Assembly (NCBI GenBank): GCA_046757025.1
Contig: JBHHXN010000059.1
Coordinates: 1 to 27,473, forward strand
Direction: 5' to 3'
Origin: a bacterium
GTDB taxonomy: Bacteria > Zhuqueibacterota > Zhuqueibacteria > Oceanimicrobiales > Oceanimicrobiaceae
DNA length: 27,473 bases
In this document: piece after piece, positions 18,541-27,471 of the stretch
Layout of the letters: every line of letters starts with the position of its first letter
How positions within the stretch are numbered: the stretch's first letter is position 1
Program-made: the position numbers and the translations under genes
The notes under the pieces: generated by a model
Told to the model about the DNA's origin: nothing
Seen by the model: only the letters and a program-made list of their open reading frames with translations
Databases searched by the model: none

Positions 18541-19842
18541 TTGAATAAACAAATTCTTAGGCTGGCCATCCCGAACATCATCAGCAATCTCTCGGTTCCT
18601 CTGCTGAGCTCGGTGGATACCGCGCTTGTCGGTCACCTGGAGGGAGTTTATTATCTGGGCGCGCTGGCGGTGGGCGGTATTATTTTTAACTTTCTTTACT
18701 GGGGATTTGGATTTCTGCGCATGGGCACCACGGGTCTGGCAGCGCAGGCGTACGGTGATCAAAACGACACAGAAACCATTTCGATTTTCGGCCGTACTCT
18801 TGGCATTGCGGTGATTTGCGGCGTGGGTTTGATTATGCTGCAAGTAGTTATCGCCGACGCCAGTTTTTGGCTCATTCATGCCACGCCCGAAGTGGAAAAA
18901 TACGCCCGAGAATATTTTGATATTCGCATTTACGCGGCGCCCGCTACCCTGTCTTTGTATGCGGTGCACGGCTGGTTTCTGGGTATGCAAAACGCCAAAT
19001 ATCCCTTGATTTTGACGCTATATGTAAATGGTGTCAACATCGTGTTCAATGTCTTATTCATTCAAATATTTCACATGAAAGTGGATGGCGTGGCCTACGG
19101 AACCGTCATTGCACAATTTTCGGGCCTGGCCGTGGCCGGCTGGCTGTTTTTCATAAAATATGCCGAGTTAGCAAAAAAACTGAAACGCCGTTTACTGCTG
19201 GAATTCAAAGCCTTGATACGGATTTTCATCGTCAACCGCGACATTTTCATCCGCACGTTGTTTTTGATTTTCACCTTTAGTTTTTTCACAGCGGAGTCGG
19301 CGATTTTTGGCAACGACATTTTAGCCGCCAACAGCATCCTGCTGCAACTCATCGGATTACTGGCCTTCGGTATCGATGGCTTTGCTTTCGCTTCGGAAAG
19401 CCTGGTGGGAAAATATTTTGGGGCAAAAGACCCCTCCAACTTGCGAGCCACCATCCGCTACTCCTTTCGCTGGGGGCTCGGCCTGGGACTGGTTTTTGCG
19501 GTCGCTTACTTTTTGTTCGATGAGGCAATTTTGAGAATTTTCACCAATAAAGAAACCGTCATCGCCCTGAGCATGACCTACATGCCCTGGGTGGTGGTGG
19601 CCCCGCTGACGAACAGTTTTTGCTTTATCTGGGATGGAATATTTATCGGCGCCACAGCCACTCGACCCATGCGCAACTCCATGTTTGCCAGCACCACGCT
19701 GGTGTTTCTGCCGGCTTATTTCCTCCTGCGCGATCACATCGGCAACCACAGTTTGTGGCTGGCGCTAACCCTGTTCATGATCATGCGCGGCATCACGTTA
19801 ACCTGGTATGCTAAAAAAAATATCTTTGGGGCGACTGGGTAG
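18541..19842 (+). CDS. dinF: MATE-family efflux transporter, DinF subfamily
   Basis: LAIPNIISNLSVPLLSSVDTALVGHL, FLRMGTTGL.AQA.G and NRDIFIRT motifs; TTG start. Confidence 0.88.
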   Translation: MNKQILRLAIPNIISNLSVPLLSSVDTALVGHLEGVYYLGALAVGGIIFNFLYWGFGFLRMGTTGLAAQAYGDQNDTETISIFGRTLGIAVICGVGLIMLQVVIADASFWLIHATPEVEKYAREYFDIRIYAAPATLSLYAVHGWFLGMQNAKYPLILTLYVNGVNIVFNVLFIQIFHMKVDGVAYGTVIAQFSGLAVAGWLFFIKYAELAKKLKRRLLLEFKALIRIFIVNRDIFIRTLFLIFTFSFFTAESAIFGNDILAANSILLQLIGLLAFGIDGFAFASESLVGKYFGAKDPSNLRATIRYSFRWGLGLGLVFAVAYFLFDEAILRIFTNKETVIALSMTYMPWVVVAPLTNSFCFIWDGIFIGATATRPMRNSMFASTTLVFLPAYFLLRDHIGNHSLWLALTLFMIMRGITLTWYAKKNIFGATG

Positions 19843-19893
19843 CTTCTCTACGAAAAGGACTTTGAGCGGATTGCCGGCCAGCGAAAATCCTGG

Positions 19894-21471
19894 TCAAGTT
19901 TTGGAAGAACTTTTTGAGAAAAACTTTTTCCGCAGCCAAAAAACGGCCACCAAAACCATCAAGCTGTAGATGGGCAGGTTCCCGATACGGGCGTACAGGG
20001 TCACCGGTGCATTCTCAGGCACGTGCAACTCCACATTGATGAAATCGCGCGTATAAACCGCCGTTTCTTTGGAGATGGTTCTGCCTGCAGCATCGATGAC
20101 CTGCGAGCTGCCGGTGTTCAGGGCGCGTACAATGGGTTTGCGGTATTCCACTGTCCGTGGACGCGCCATTTGTTTGTGCAGGTGCGAAGCGTCTGATCTG
20201 CCGAACCAGCCGTCGTTGGTGATGTTCACCATGAAATCTGCCTGGCGGTGCTCAAAGCCCTGAATAAATCCCACGATGATGTCCTCATAACAAATCAGCG
20301 GCAGCCAGTGCATTTTTTCATGGATTGCAAACACCGGCTTTTCACGGCCGCGGGTAAAATGCGAAATGGTGCTAGGCAGCCATTTTTCGATGATAGGAAA
20401 GGTCTCCAGAAATGGAATGTATTCTCCGAATGCCAGCAAGACAATCTTGTGGTACTTGCCGATAATCTCGCCCTGGGGGTTGAGATAAAATTGCGTGTTG
20501 TAATAAATCCGCCGGCCGCTGGCACGCTTCCCGCCAATCTCCACCGAGCCCGCCGTCAAAAACACTTCCTGTCTGCGAGCCAAATCCCGAATCGCCTGAT
20601 AGATTTGCGGCGAATTGAGAATGGGAAAATGCACAGACCCTTCCGGCCAAACCAGCAAATCAATTTTCGTTGGGCTCTCGGAGATGGCCTTCTCAGAAAT
20701 GCGGACGATGTTTTGGAATTCCTCCTCACGTTCGGCATAGCTCAACCGGGCGCCGTAAAATTTTTCCATGGAAGTGTTGGATTGCACCAGCGTGACGCCC
20801 ACGGTTTTTTTGACCGCACCGGGCTGGTTGTCGTATTTGGCCAATGCCCACCATCCGTAAACCACGATAAAAGTTAAAAACGCCGCCTGTGCAGTAAACA
20901 GTGCCCTGTTTTCACGAAACAAGGTCTGGCGATTTTGCCACACCCACCAGGGGATGTGGATGAGCGTCATGGCCACAAAGCTCAGCCCTACCACGCCGAA
21001 CAAATCCGCGGTCTGATATAAGATCAACGCCGAATCCAAACTGGTGCCGAAATACCAGGGAAAAACCTGGGGGTTGAGCTGCTCGGCCACACAAAACAAG
21101 CCCGCGATGATGAACGGATTGCTTTTCTCTCCAAAAAATCTTTCGAGATACGCCCAGAGCAGAAAATTGAGATTGTTGAACACGCTGAAGAAGAGCACCA
21201 GTCCCCAGGCTGCGAACCCGGGCATGCCGCCGTAATCCCGGGCCACGGTACTGATCCAGTGGTAACCGCAGACATTGGTGACAATGGCCATAAGCCAGTA
21301 GCCCAACAGCTTATTTTTCAGGGGAAGCTGCCGCATGCCATTTAAGAAAAAGGGCAGTAAAAACAACAGCGGTAAAATATTGTACGTTTCAAACGCTAAA
21401 AAAATACAAACGCCGCCGCCCATGGGATAGACGTATTTTTTGAGTGCCGAGCGTTCAAACTCCTTTTGCAT
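19894..21471 (-). CDS. lnt: Apolipoprotein N-acyltransferase
   Basis: N-terminal TM helices and a nitrilase domain with WPE, YHK..L..FGEYIP, ICYE, NITNDGWF and RALNTG.S. Confidence 0.92.
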   Translation of the reverse strand: MQKEFERSALKKYVYPMGGGVCIFLAFETYNILPLLFLLPFFLNGMRQLPLKNKLLGYWLMAIVTNVCGYHWISTVARDYGGMPGFAAWGLVLFFSVFNNLNFLLWAYLERFFGEKSNPFIIAGLFCVAEQLNPQVFPWYFGTSLDSALILYQTADLFGVVGLSFVAMTLIHIPWWVWQNRQTLFRENRALFTAQAAFLTFIVVYGWWALAKYDNQPGAVKKTVGVTLVQSNTSMEKFYGARLSYAEREEEFQNIVRISEKAISESPTKIDLLVWPEGSVHFPILNSPQIYQAIRDLARRQEVFLTAGSVEIGGKRASGRRIYYNTQFYLNPQGEIIGKYHKIVLLAFGEYIPFLETFPIIEKWLPSTISHFTRGREKPVFAIHEKMHWLPLICYEDIIVGFIQGFEHRQADFMVNITNDGWFGRSDASHLHKQMARPRTVEYRKPIVRALNTGSSQVIDAAGRTISKETAVYTRDFINVELHVPENAPVTLYARIGNLPIYSLMVLVAVFWLRKKFFSKSSSKT

Positions 21472-21837
21472 AGAAATTCACCTTTAAGTGAGATAAAAAT
21501 TTTAACTGTCGAGCGCGTTTTATCATTCATCCGAAACCGCGTGTAAATTGCTGAAATTACGGATTAAAATAGCAGAAATCCAACTAAAATCAAGTCGTAA
21601 TTTTGCAAAATCCAATTTAGATTCACCTTTCAAATTGTTTCAAGTTTTCAGTAAAACAAGCAATATTTAACACAAAGCCCTTATTTTTTTGAAAAATTTA
21701 TCTTGAATTTATGAAAATATTTGTATATTTAGCATAGCAGCAGATGAAATGTTTAAATTGTCGTGCTCTGGTTCTCAGAACGGCCGTTATCATGAATACA
21801 CGATGAACAGCCATTTTTTTTTTGAAAACAGACCTTT

Positions 21838-22833
21838 ATGATAATCGAAGCAAGAGCGTATGCCCGCGCAGGTTTTTTGGGCAATCCTTCCGACGGTTAT
21901 TTTGGTAAAACCATTTCCATCATCGTCAGAAATTTTGGCGCCCACATCTCCCTTTACGAAACGCCTGAGCTCCAAATCGAACCGCAGCAACAGGATTTGA
22001 ATGTTTTCAGAAATATTTACGATCTGGTGGAATCGGTTCATTTAACCGGCTACTACGGCGGCTCGCGGCTCATCAAAGCCGCCATCAAAAAATTCGGTGA
22101 ATATTGCGACGCCAATCAAATCAACTTGAAAAACAAGAATTTCACGGTTCGATATTATTCTTCCATTCCGCGGCAAATCGGCCTGGCCGGCTCCAGCGCC
22201 ATCATCACGGCCACCATGCGCGCGCTGATGCAATTCTATGAAGTCGAAATTCCCCTAGAAATCCTGCCCAACCTCATTCTTTCCGTGGAAAAAGACGAGC
22301 TGGGCATCAACTCCGGATTGCAGGATCGGGTGATTCAAACCTATGAAGGGTGCGTATATATGAATTTCGATCAGGCGATCATGAACGAAAAACAACACGG
22401 TCTGTATGAACGCATCGACCCGGCGCTGCTGCCAAAGCTGTACATCGCTTACAAAACCGAACTGGGAAAAGTCTCCGGGGCTGCGCTGAGCGGCATCCGC
22501 TCGAAATATGAAAAAGGAGAATCCGCAGTGTTGGCCAACTTGAGTAAAATCGCTGAGTTGGCTGAAAAGGGCAGGGACTTTCTACTCAAAAAACAAACTT
22601 CAAAACTGCCGGCGCTGATGAATGAAAATTTCGACTTGCGCCAGAAAATCATGTTCATCAGTGCCAACAATTTGGAGATGGTGGAAACGGCGCGCCGTTG
22701 CGGCGCTTCCGCCAAATTTGCCGGCTCCGGCGGTTCCATCATCGGTATCTACAAAGACGACGAAATGTTGACCCGGCTGCACGTGGAATTGAGAAAAATC
22801 AATGCCAGAGTCATCAAACCGTACATCGCTTAA
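21838..22833 (+). CDS. GHMP kinase resembling eukaryotic glucuronokinase
   Basis: ARAGFLGNPSDGYFGKTIS, GYYGG.RL, IPRQIGLAGSSAI, ELGI.SGLQDRV.Q.Y.G, NFDLR and KFAGSGG are the blocks I recognise from plant glucuronokinase. Confidence 0.85.
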   Translation: MIIEARAYARAGFLGNPSDGYFGKTISIIVRNFGAHISLYETPELQIEPQQQDLNVFRNIYDLVESVHLTGYYGGSRLIKAAIKKFGEYCDANQINLKNKNFTVRYYSSIPRQIGLAGSSAIITATMRALMQFYEVEIPLEILPNLILSVEKDELGINSGLQDRVIQTYEGCVYMNFDQAIMNEKQHGLYERIDPALLPKLYIAYKTELGKVSGAALSGIRSKYEKGESAVLANLSKIAELAEKGRDFLLKKQTSKLPALMNENFDLRQKIMFISANNLEMVETARRCGASAKFAGSGGSIIGIYKDDEMLTRLHVELRKINARVIKPYIA

Positions 22834-22888
22834 TTTGCATTTTTCGAATCAGTTTTATCATTGCATCTAAAAAAAGGACCGGAATTTC

Positions 22889-23746
22889 ATGATAAAAAAA
22901 GCGGTTATTCCAGCAGCGGGACTGGGTACGCGTTTTTTACCAGCCACCAAAGCGCAGCCCAAAGAAATGCTTCCCATCATCGACACTCCCACGATTCAAT
23001 ACGTGGTTCAGGAAGCCGTGGATTCCGGCATCGACGACATTCTGGTGATCTCGGGAAAAGGTAAGCGCGCCATTGAAGATCATTTCGACCGCAACCTGGA
23101 ATTAGAGAAGCACCTGGAAGAAAAAGAGGAACAAGTGATGGCCAACGAACTTCGCCGCATTGCGGATATGGCCAACATCCATTTCATTCGGCAAAAAGAA
23201 TTTAATGGATTGGGCGACGCTATTTATTACGCACGATTACACACGGCAAACGAACCGTTTGCGGTGCTGCTCGGAGACACCATCATCGATTCCGCCATTC
23301 CGGTCACTCAACAGCTCATCGATCACTACGAACAGTACCGAAACACCATCATCGGTGTGGAGCAGGTGCCGAAAGAGATCGTTTCGCGCTACGGCATCGT
23401 CGGGGGGCACCAGATCAGCGATCGCATTAATGAAGTCACGGAGTTGATCGAAAAACCCGCTATAAAAGAAAGCCCGTCCGACCTGGCCATCGCAGGGCGA
23501 TACATTTTGACGCCGGAAATTTTTAAAGCACTCGAACAAACCGCAAAAGACGCGAATGATGAACTCCAACTAACCGACGCCATGCGCATTTTGCTGAAGC
23601 GCGAAAAAATCATATCGTACACCATCGAAGGCAAAAGATACGACATCGGCAACAAACTGGACTATTTAAAAACCACGGTGGAATTTGCTTTGCGGCGCAA
23701 AGAGTTCGCCAAACCGTTTCGGCAATTTTTAAAAGAAATCTTATAA
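22889..23746 (+). CDS. galU: UTP--sugar-1-phosphate uridylyltransferase (GalU family)
   Basis: KAVIPAAGLGTRFLPATKAQPKEMLP, GKGKRAIEDHFD, GLGDAI, EKP, AIAGRY and ELQLTDA motifs. Confidence 0.9.
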   Translation: MIKKAVIPAAGLGTRFLPATKAQPKEMLPIIDTPTIQYVVQEAVDSGIDDILVISGKGKRAIEDHFDRNLELEKHLEEKEEQVMANELRRIADMANIHFIRQKEFNGLGDAIYYARLHTANEPFAVLLGDTIIDSAIPVTQQLIDHYEQYRNTIIGVEQVPKEIVSRYGIVGGHQISDRINEVTELIEKPAIKESPSDLAIAGRYILTPEIFKALEQTAKDANDELQLTDAMRILLKREKIISYTIEGKRYDIGNKLDYLKTTVEFALRRKEFAKPFRQFLKEIL

Positions 23747-23798
23747 ATGGTTCTACAAATAAATCCTTGGTCGATTTAAAATAAAACAAAAGAAAGAA

Positions 23799-25367
23799 AT
23801 GACGAAAGATCAAATTTTGAAAGCGCTCACTAAAAGTTATAAAAGCAATCAAATCGTGCCGTTGGTCCTTTCCCCGAATTTCCAGTTTGAATTGTATCCT
23901 AAATCCATCAATCGGCTGCAGGATGCATTTGTTTTTCTGGCTCGCCATGAGAACGGCAAATTCCTGTACATTTATGCAGAGGACAAAGCCAATTTAATTT
24001 TGAGCCGATTTCAAGGAGAATTTGCGCCCCTCGATTCTGAACGATCGGGATGGCTAAAGCGGTGTCCCATGACGCATGACAACGCCGAACAGGTGCGCGC
24101 TCAATTTGCTTTTGCCCGGCCGGTCTTGATCGGTCTTGAAAATTCATTCGGTATGGGCGATCGATTGGGAATCGCCAATCCGGCGCATTTGCGTGCGATC
24201 ATGGCCACCGACATGAAGCCGATTCTGGCACAGCAGTCCATTCGCGAGCTGCAGCGCACGCAGAGAAAACCCGAACAGGTCATGGATGCCGCCACCTGGG
24301 CGGTGTTGCAGGAGGGCTACAAATCGGGATTTGGCGCCGATGCCGATCATTTAAAAACCACCGACAACATCGATCTCATGGCAGCCGCCGGTTTCACCAT
24401 GTTCACGTTCGATCCCGGCGACCACGTTGTAAACGAAGCCGACACACTTACGTTCGAGCAACTAAAAGCACAAATTAACAACCTGCCCTGGGAGTTGTTA
24501 AACGACTCTCCGGAAAACTTTATTCGGCGATACGAAAATCAGCAGTTTAAAATCGGCGCTGATTTTAATTTGAAGCCCAATGAAGAACAAGTATATCGCG
24601 CCCTGGTAAAATACGGCGGCGTCATTGCACACACGAATAAATTATTTCAATATCTGAAAGAACGCTATCCGGCGCATCCGGCCGAGCTGGAACTGTCCGT
24701 CGATGAAACCGATTCGGTCACATCGCCGTTTGAGCATTTTCTGATCGCCAGCGAGCTCAGGCGACTGGAAATCCCGCTCGTGAGTTTGGCGCCAAGATTT
24801 GTGGGCGATTTTGAGAAGGGCATCGATTACAAAGGTAATTTGTCGGAGTTTCGTTCAGAATACCTAAAGCATTTGATGATAGCCGAAAAAATGGGCCCGT
24901 ACAAAATCAGCATCCATTCGGGCAGCGACAAGTTCCGCGTGTACGAAGTCATTGGCGAATTAGAGCAAGGAAGGGTGCACGTGAAAACCGCTGGCACCAG
25001 TTACCTGGAAGCCCTGCACACCGTCGCCGCGGTGCAGCCCAATCTGTTTAGGGAAATCCTCGATTTTTCCCGAGAACACTTTGAGTCGGAAAAAGCCAGC
25101 TACCACATTTCAGCCAGCCTGGACAAGGTACTGCCGGCTAATCAGTACACGGACGTCCAGCTACTGAAACTATTTGAACAGGAAGATGCGCGTCAGGTGC
25201 TGCACGTGACATTCGGCAAAGTTTTAACTTCTCAAAACGACCGCCGAGAGTATCTTTTCCGGCAGCGCATCCTGTCCTGTTTAAATGCTCATGAAGAAAC
25301 CCATTATCGTTTTTTGATCAGACATTTTGAGCGGCATTTATTACCATTTAAGAAAAGGAATTCCTGA
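23799..25367 (+). CDS. uxaE: Tagaturonate/fructuronate epimerase
   Basis: GMGDRLG, AQQSIREL.RT.R, GADADHLK, ELSVDET, SLAPRF.G.FEKGIDY, HSGSDKF and HVKTAGTSYLEAL motifs. Confidence 0.9.
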   Translation: MTKDQILKALTKSYKSNQIVPLVLSPNFQFELYPKSINRLQDAFVFLARHENGKFLYIYAEDKANLILSRFQGEFAPLDSERSGWLKRCPMTHDNAEQVRAQFAFARPVLIGLENSFGMGDRLGIANPAHLRAIMATDMKPILAQQSIRELQRTQRKPEQVMDAATWAVLQEGYKSGFGADADHLKTTDNIDLMAAAGFTMFTFDPGDHVVNEADTLTFEQLKAQINNLPWELLNDSPENFIRRYENQQFKIGADFNLKPNEEQVYRALVKYGGVIAHTNKLFQYLKERYPAHPAELELSVDETDSVTSPFEHFLIASELRRLEIPLVSLAPRFVGDFEKGIDYKGNLSEFRSEYLKHLMIAEKMGPYKISIHSGSDKFRVYEVIGELEQGRVHVKTAGTSYLEALHTVAAVQPNLFREILDFSREHFESEKASYHISASLDKVLPANQYTDVQLLKLFEQEDARQVLHVTFGKVLTSQNDRREYLFRQRILSCLNAHEETHYRFLIRHFERHLLPFKKRNS

Positions 25368-25368
25368 A

Positions 25369-26793
25369 ATGTCCAACTCACAAAAATTAATATTAGATGA
25401 AAACCGTTTTTTTGATCCCGACCCTGCTATTCGAAAAATCGCCCGCGAACTGTACGAAGAAGTAAAAGCCCTGCCCATCGTGAGTCCGCATGGCCATGTT
25501 GAGCCGGCGCTTTTTAGCGAAAACAAACCGTTTCCCAACCCAACCGAGCTCATCATCATTCCCGACCATTATGTCTTTCGCATGCTGTACTCCCAGGGCA
25601 TTCCGCTGGAAGAGCTAGGAATACCCACCCGAGATGGCTCAGTGGTCGAAACCGATCATCGAAAAATATGGCAAATATTTGGCGAAAATTTTCATCTGTT
25701 TGCCGGCACACCAACCGGAGTCTGGCTAAACCACGAATTCTCCGTAGTGTTTGGCATCGAGGATAAATTGAACGAACACACGACTTTGAAAATCTATGAC
25801 CAAATTCAAGAGAAGCTGCAATCACCTGAATTTCTACCCCGATCCCTGTTCGATCAATTCAACATAGAGGTGCTCACCACCACTGACAGCGCCGAATCGC
25901 CGCTGCAGGAACATCAAAAAATCAAAGACTCGGGATGGGGCGGCAACATCGTGCCCTGTTTTCGCCCGGACGGGGTTACGGATTTGAAGGGGCCTGGCTG
26001 GAAAGAAAACATCGTGGCTTTGAGTGAGGTCTGCGGTATGGAAATCAGCTCGTACCGCGATTTCATCTCCGCACTGGAAAGTCGGCGGGAGTTTTTCAAA
26101 TCAATGGGCGCGGTTTCCACCGACCACGGCGTGTACAGTCCGTACACGCACCAGTTGACGCCAAATGAAGCCGAAACCTTATTTGCAAAAGCGCTCAAAG
26201 GACAGGCAACGGATGCAGACGCCGCGGCATTTACCGCACATATATTGATGGAAATGGCCCGAATGAGCCTCGAAGACGGTTTGGTAATGCAGATTCACCC
26301 GGGGTCGTTTCGCAATCACAATCAGCTTTTGTTTGAGAAATTTGGTTATGACAAAGGCGCGGACATCCCCGTGCAAACAGAATATACCCGCAATTTGCGC
26401 GAGCTGTTAAATCAATACGGCAACGACGCCCGCTTCAAACTCATTTTGTTCACCTTAGATGAAACCACCTATTCAAGGGAATTGGCACCGCTGGCCGGGC
26501 ACTATCCAGCCGTCAAATTGGGACCGCCGTGGTGGTTCCACGACAGCATCGAAGGCATGACGCGTTTCCGCCAGCAGGTGATGGAAACCGCCGGCATTTA
26601 CAATACCGTGGGATTTAACGACGACACCCGCGCCTTCCCTTCCATTCCGGCCCGACACGATCTCGCCCGCCGAATGGATGCCAACTATCTGGCGTCGCTG
26701 GTTGCCCGACACATCATCGATCCATCGGATGCTCGCACCATGATCAAAGCGCTGGTTTATAATCTGGTGAAGGCGGCGTATGGGTTAGAATGA
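25369..26793 (+). CDS. uxaC: Uronate (glucuronate/galacturonate) isomerase
   Basis: PIVSPHGH, PDHYVFRMLYSQG, FRPD, TDHG, MQIHPG, WWFHDS and FNDDTRAF.SIPARHD motifs. Start at ATG 25369, just after the uxaE stop. Confidence 0.95.
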   Translation: MSNSQKLILDENRFFDPDPAIRKIARELYEEVKALPIVSPHGHVEPALFSENKPFPNPTELIIIPDHYVFRMLYSQGIPLEELGIPTRDGSVVETDHRKIWQIFGENFHLFAGTPTGVWLNHEFSVVFGIEDKLNEHTTLKIYDQIQEKLQSPEFLPRSLFDQFNIEVLTTTDSAESPLQEHQKIKDSGWGGNIVPCFRPDGVTDLKGPGWKENIVALSEVCGMEISSYRDFISALESRREFFKSMGAVSTDHGVYSPYTHQLTPNEAETLFAKALKGQATDADAAAFTAHILMEMARMSLEDGLVMQIHPGSFRNHNQLLFEKFGYDKGADIPVQTEYTRNLRELLNQYGNDARFKLILFTLDETTYSRELAPLAGHYPAVKLGPPWWFHDSIEGMTRFRQQVMETAGIYNTVGFNDDTRAFPSIPARHDLARRMDANYLASLVARHIIDPSDARTMIKALVYNLVKAAYGLE

Positions 26794-26866
26794 TTTTCAT
26801 ACGTTGATAAACTAAAAGGTGGGCTAACTAAAAAAGCCTAAAAGGATGAGTTGAGCATAATGACGT

Positions 26867-26922
26867 TCCTCGGGTAGGACTCGAACCTACATCCCGAAGT
26901 CTCGGGATAACTGCCAACCGCT
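26867..26922 (-). pseudogene. Partial tRNA-Asn copy with hairpin substitution (copy A)
   Basis: 26867-26891 is identical to the tRNA 3' part (25 nt); then tcccga-agtc-tcggga (26892-26907); then taactgccaaccgct, 13/15 identical to the tRNA. Confidence 0.85.
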
Positions 26923-27178
26923 AATGACTGGGCGGAGATGCTATTAATTCTTCAAGAAAAACCCGACTCTTTTGCTTCTTTATAAATCGCTCTCTTTTCA
27001 AGGCTTCGCTTCGGCTGCTAAATTCCTCGACAAAAACCAAGCGCCACGGAATCCCCCGCTTGCTCCAACCACCTTTACCGGAATTGTGATAAAATAATCT
27101 TATCTCGGGTGCATGGCTCACCCCAACATAATATCTATCCAATTTCTCCGAATGCAATATGTAAACAAAATGGTGCAT
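26921..27178 (-). CDS. Small standalone GIY-YIG nuclease (UPF0213/YhbQ-like)
   Basis: FVYIL...YYVG...RL..HN.G...W.LV..E.F.SRSEALKRER.IKK pattern; 85 aa. Confidence 0.9.
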   Translation of the reverse strand: MHHFVYILHSEKLDRYYVGVSHAPEIRLFYHNSGKGGWSKRGIPWRLVFVEEFSSRSEALKRERFIKKQKSRVFLEELIASPPSH

Positions 27179-27202
27179 AGCAATCGCAGGCCGGTGTAAA
27201 AT

Positions 27203-27231
27203 AAAAAACCGACTTTATCTCCAAAAGTCGG
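27203..27231 (-). terminator. Intrinsic terminator downstream of tRNA-Asn
   Basis: ccgacttt (27209-27216) / aaagtcgg (27224-27231) stem followed by a T6 run on the minus strand. Confidence 0.8.
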
Positions 27232-27240
27232 CTTTATTTG

Positions 27241-27313
27241 CTCCTCGGGTAGGACTCGAACCTACAACCTAGTGGTTAACAGCCACCCGCTCTGCCGATT
27301 GAGCTACCGAGGA
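27241..27313 (-). tRNA. tRNA-Asn(GTT), CCA not encoded
   Basis: Reverse complement TCCTCGGTAGCTCAATCGGCAGAGCGGGTGGCTGTTAACCACTAGGTTGTAGGTTCGAGTCCTACCCGAGGAG folds as a full cloverleaf with anticodon GTT. Confidence 0.97.
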
Positions 27314-27392
27314 ATTTACTGACTTATTACAAAAGCAGGACGTATTTTATTCTTACGTAAGGGTTAATTCTTGCCTTACACAACTCAAATGA

Positions 27393-27471
27393 ACCCTCAG
27401 ATGCGACTCGAACCTACATCCCGATTCCTCGGGATAACAGCCACCCGCTCTGCCGATTGAGCTACCGAGGA
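27393..27471 (-). pseudogene. tRNA-Asn-derived copy with hairpin substitution and degenerate 3' end (copy C)
   Basis: 27435-27471 is identical to tRNA nt 1-37; tcccga-ttcc-tcggga at 27419-27434; 27405-27418 is identical to the T-arm region; the last 12 nt match only 6/12. Confidence 0.85.

Noticed and set aside
27393..27471. Second functional tRNA-Asn, or an intron-containing tRNA with an insert at 37/38
   Set aside because: The hairpin replaces nt 38-47 rather than interrupting them, so removing it cannot restore the anticodon stem; the 3' T-stem and acceptor strands are also degenerate.
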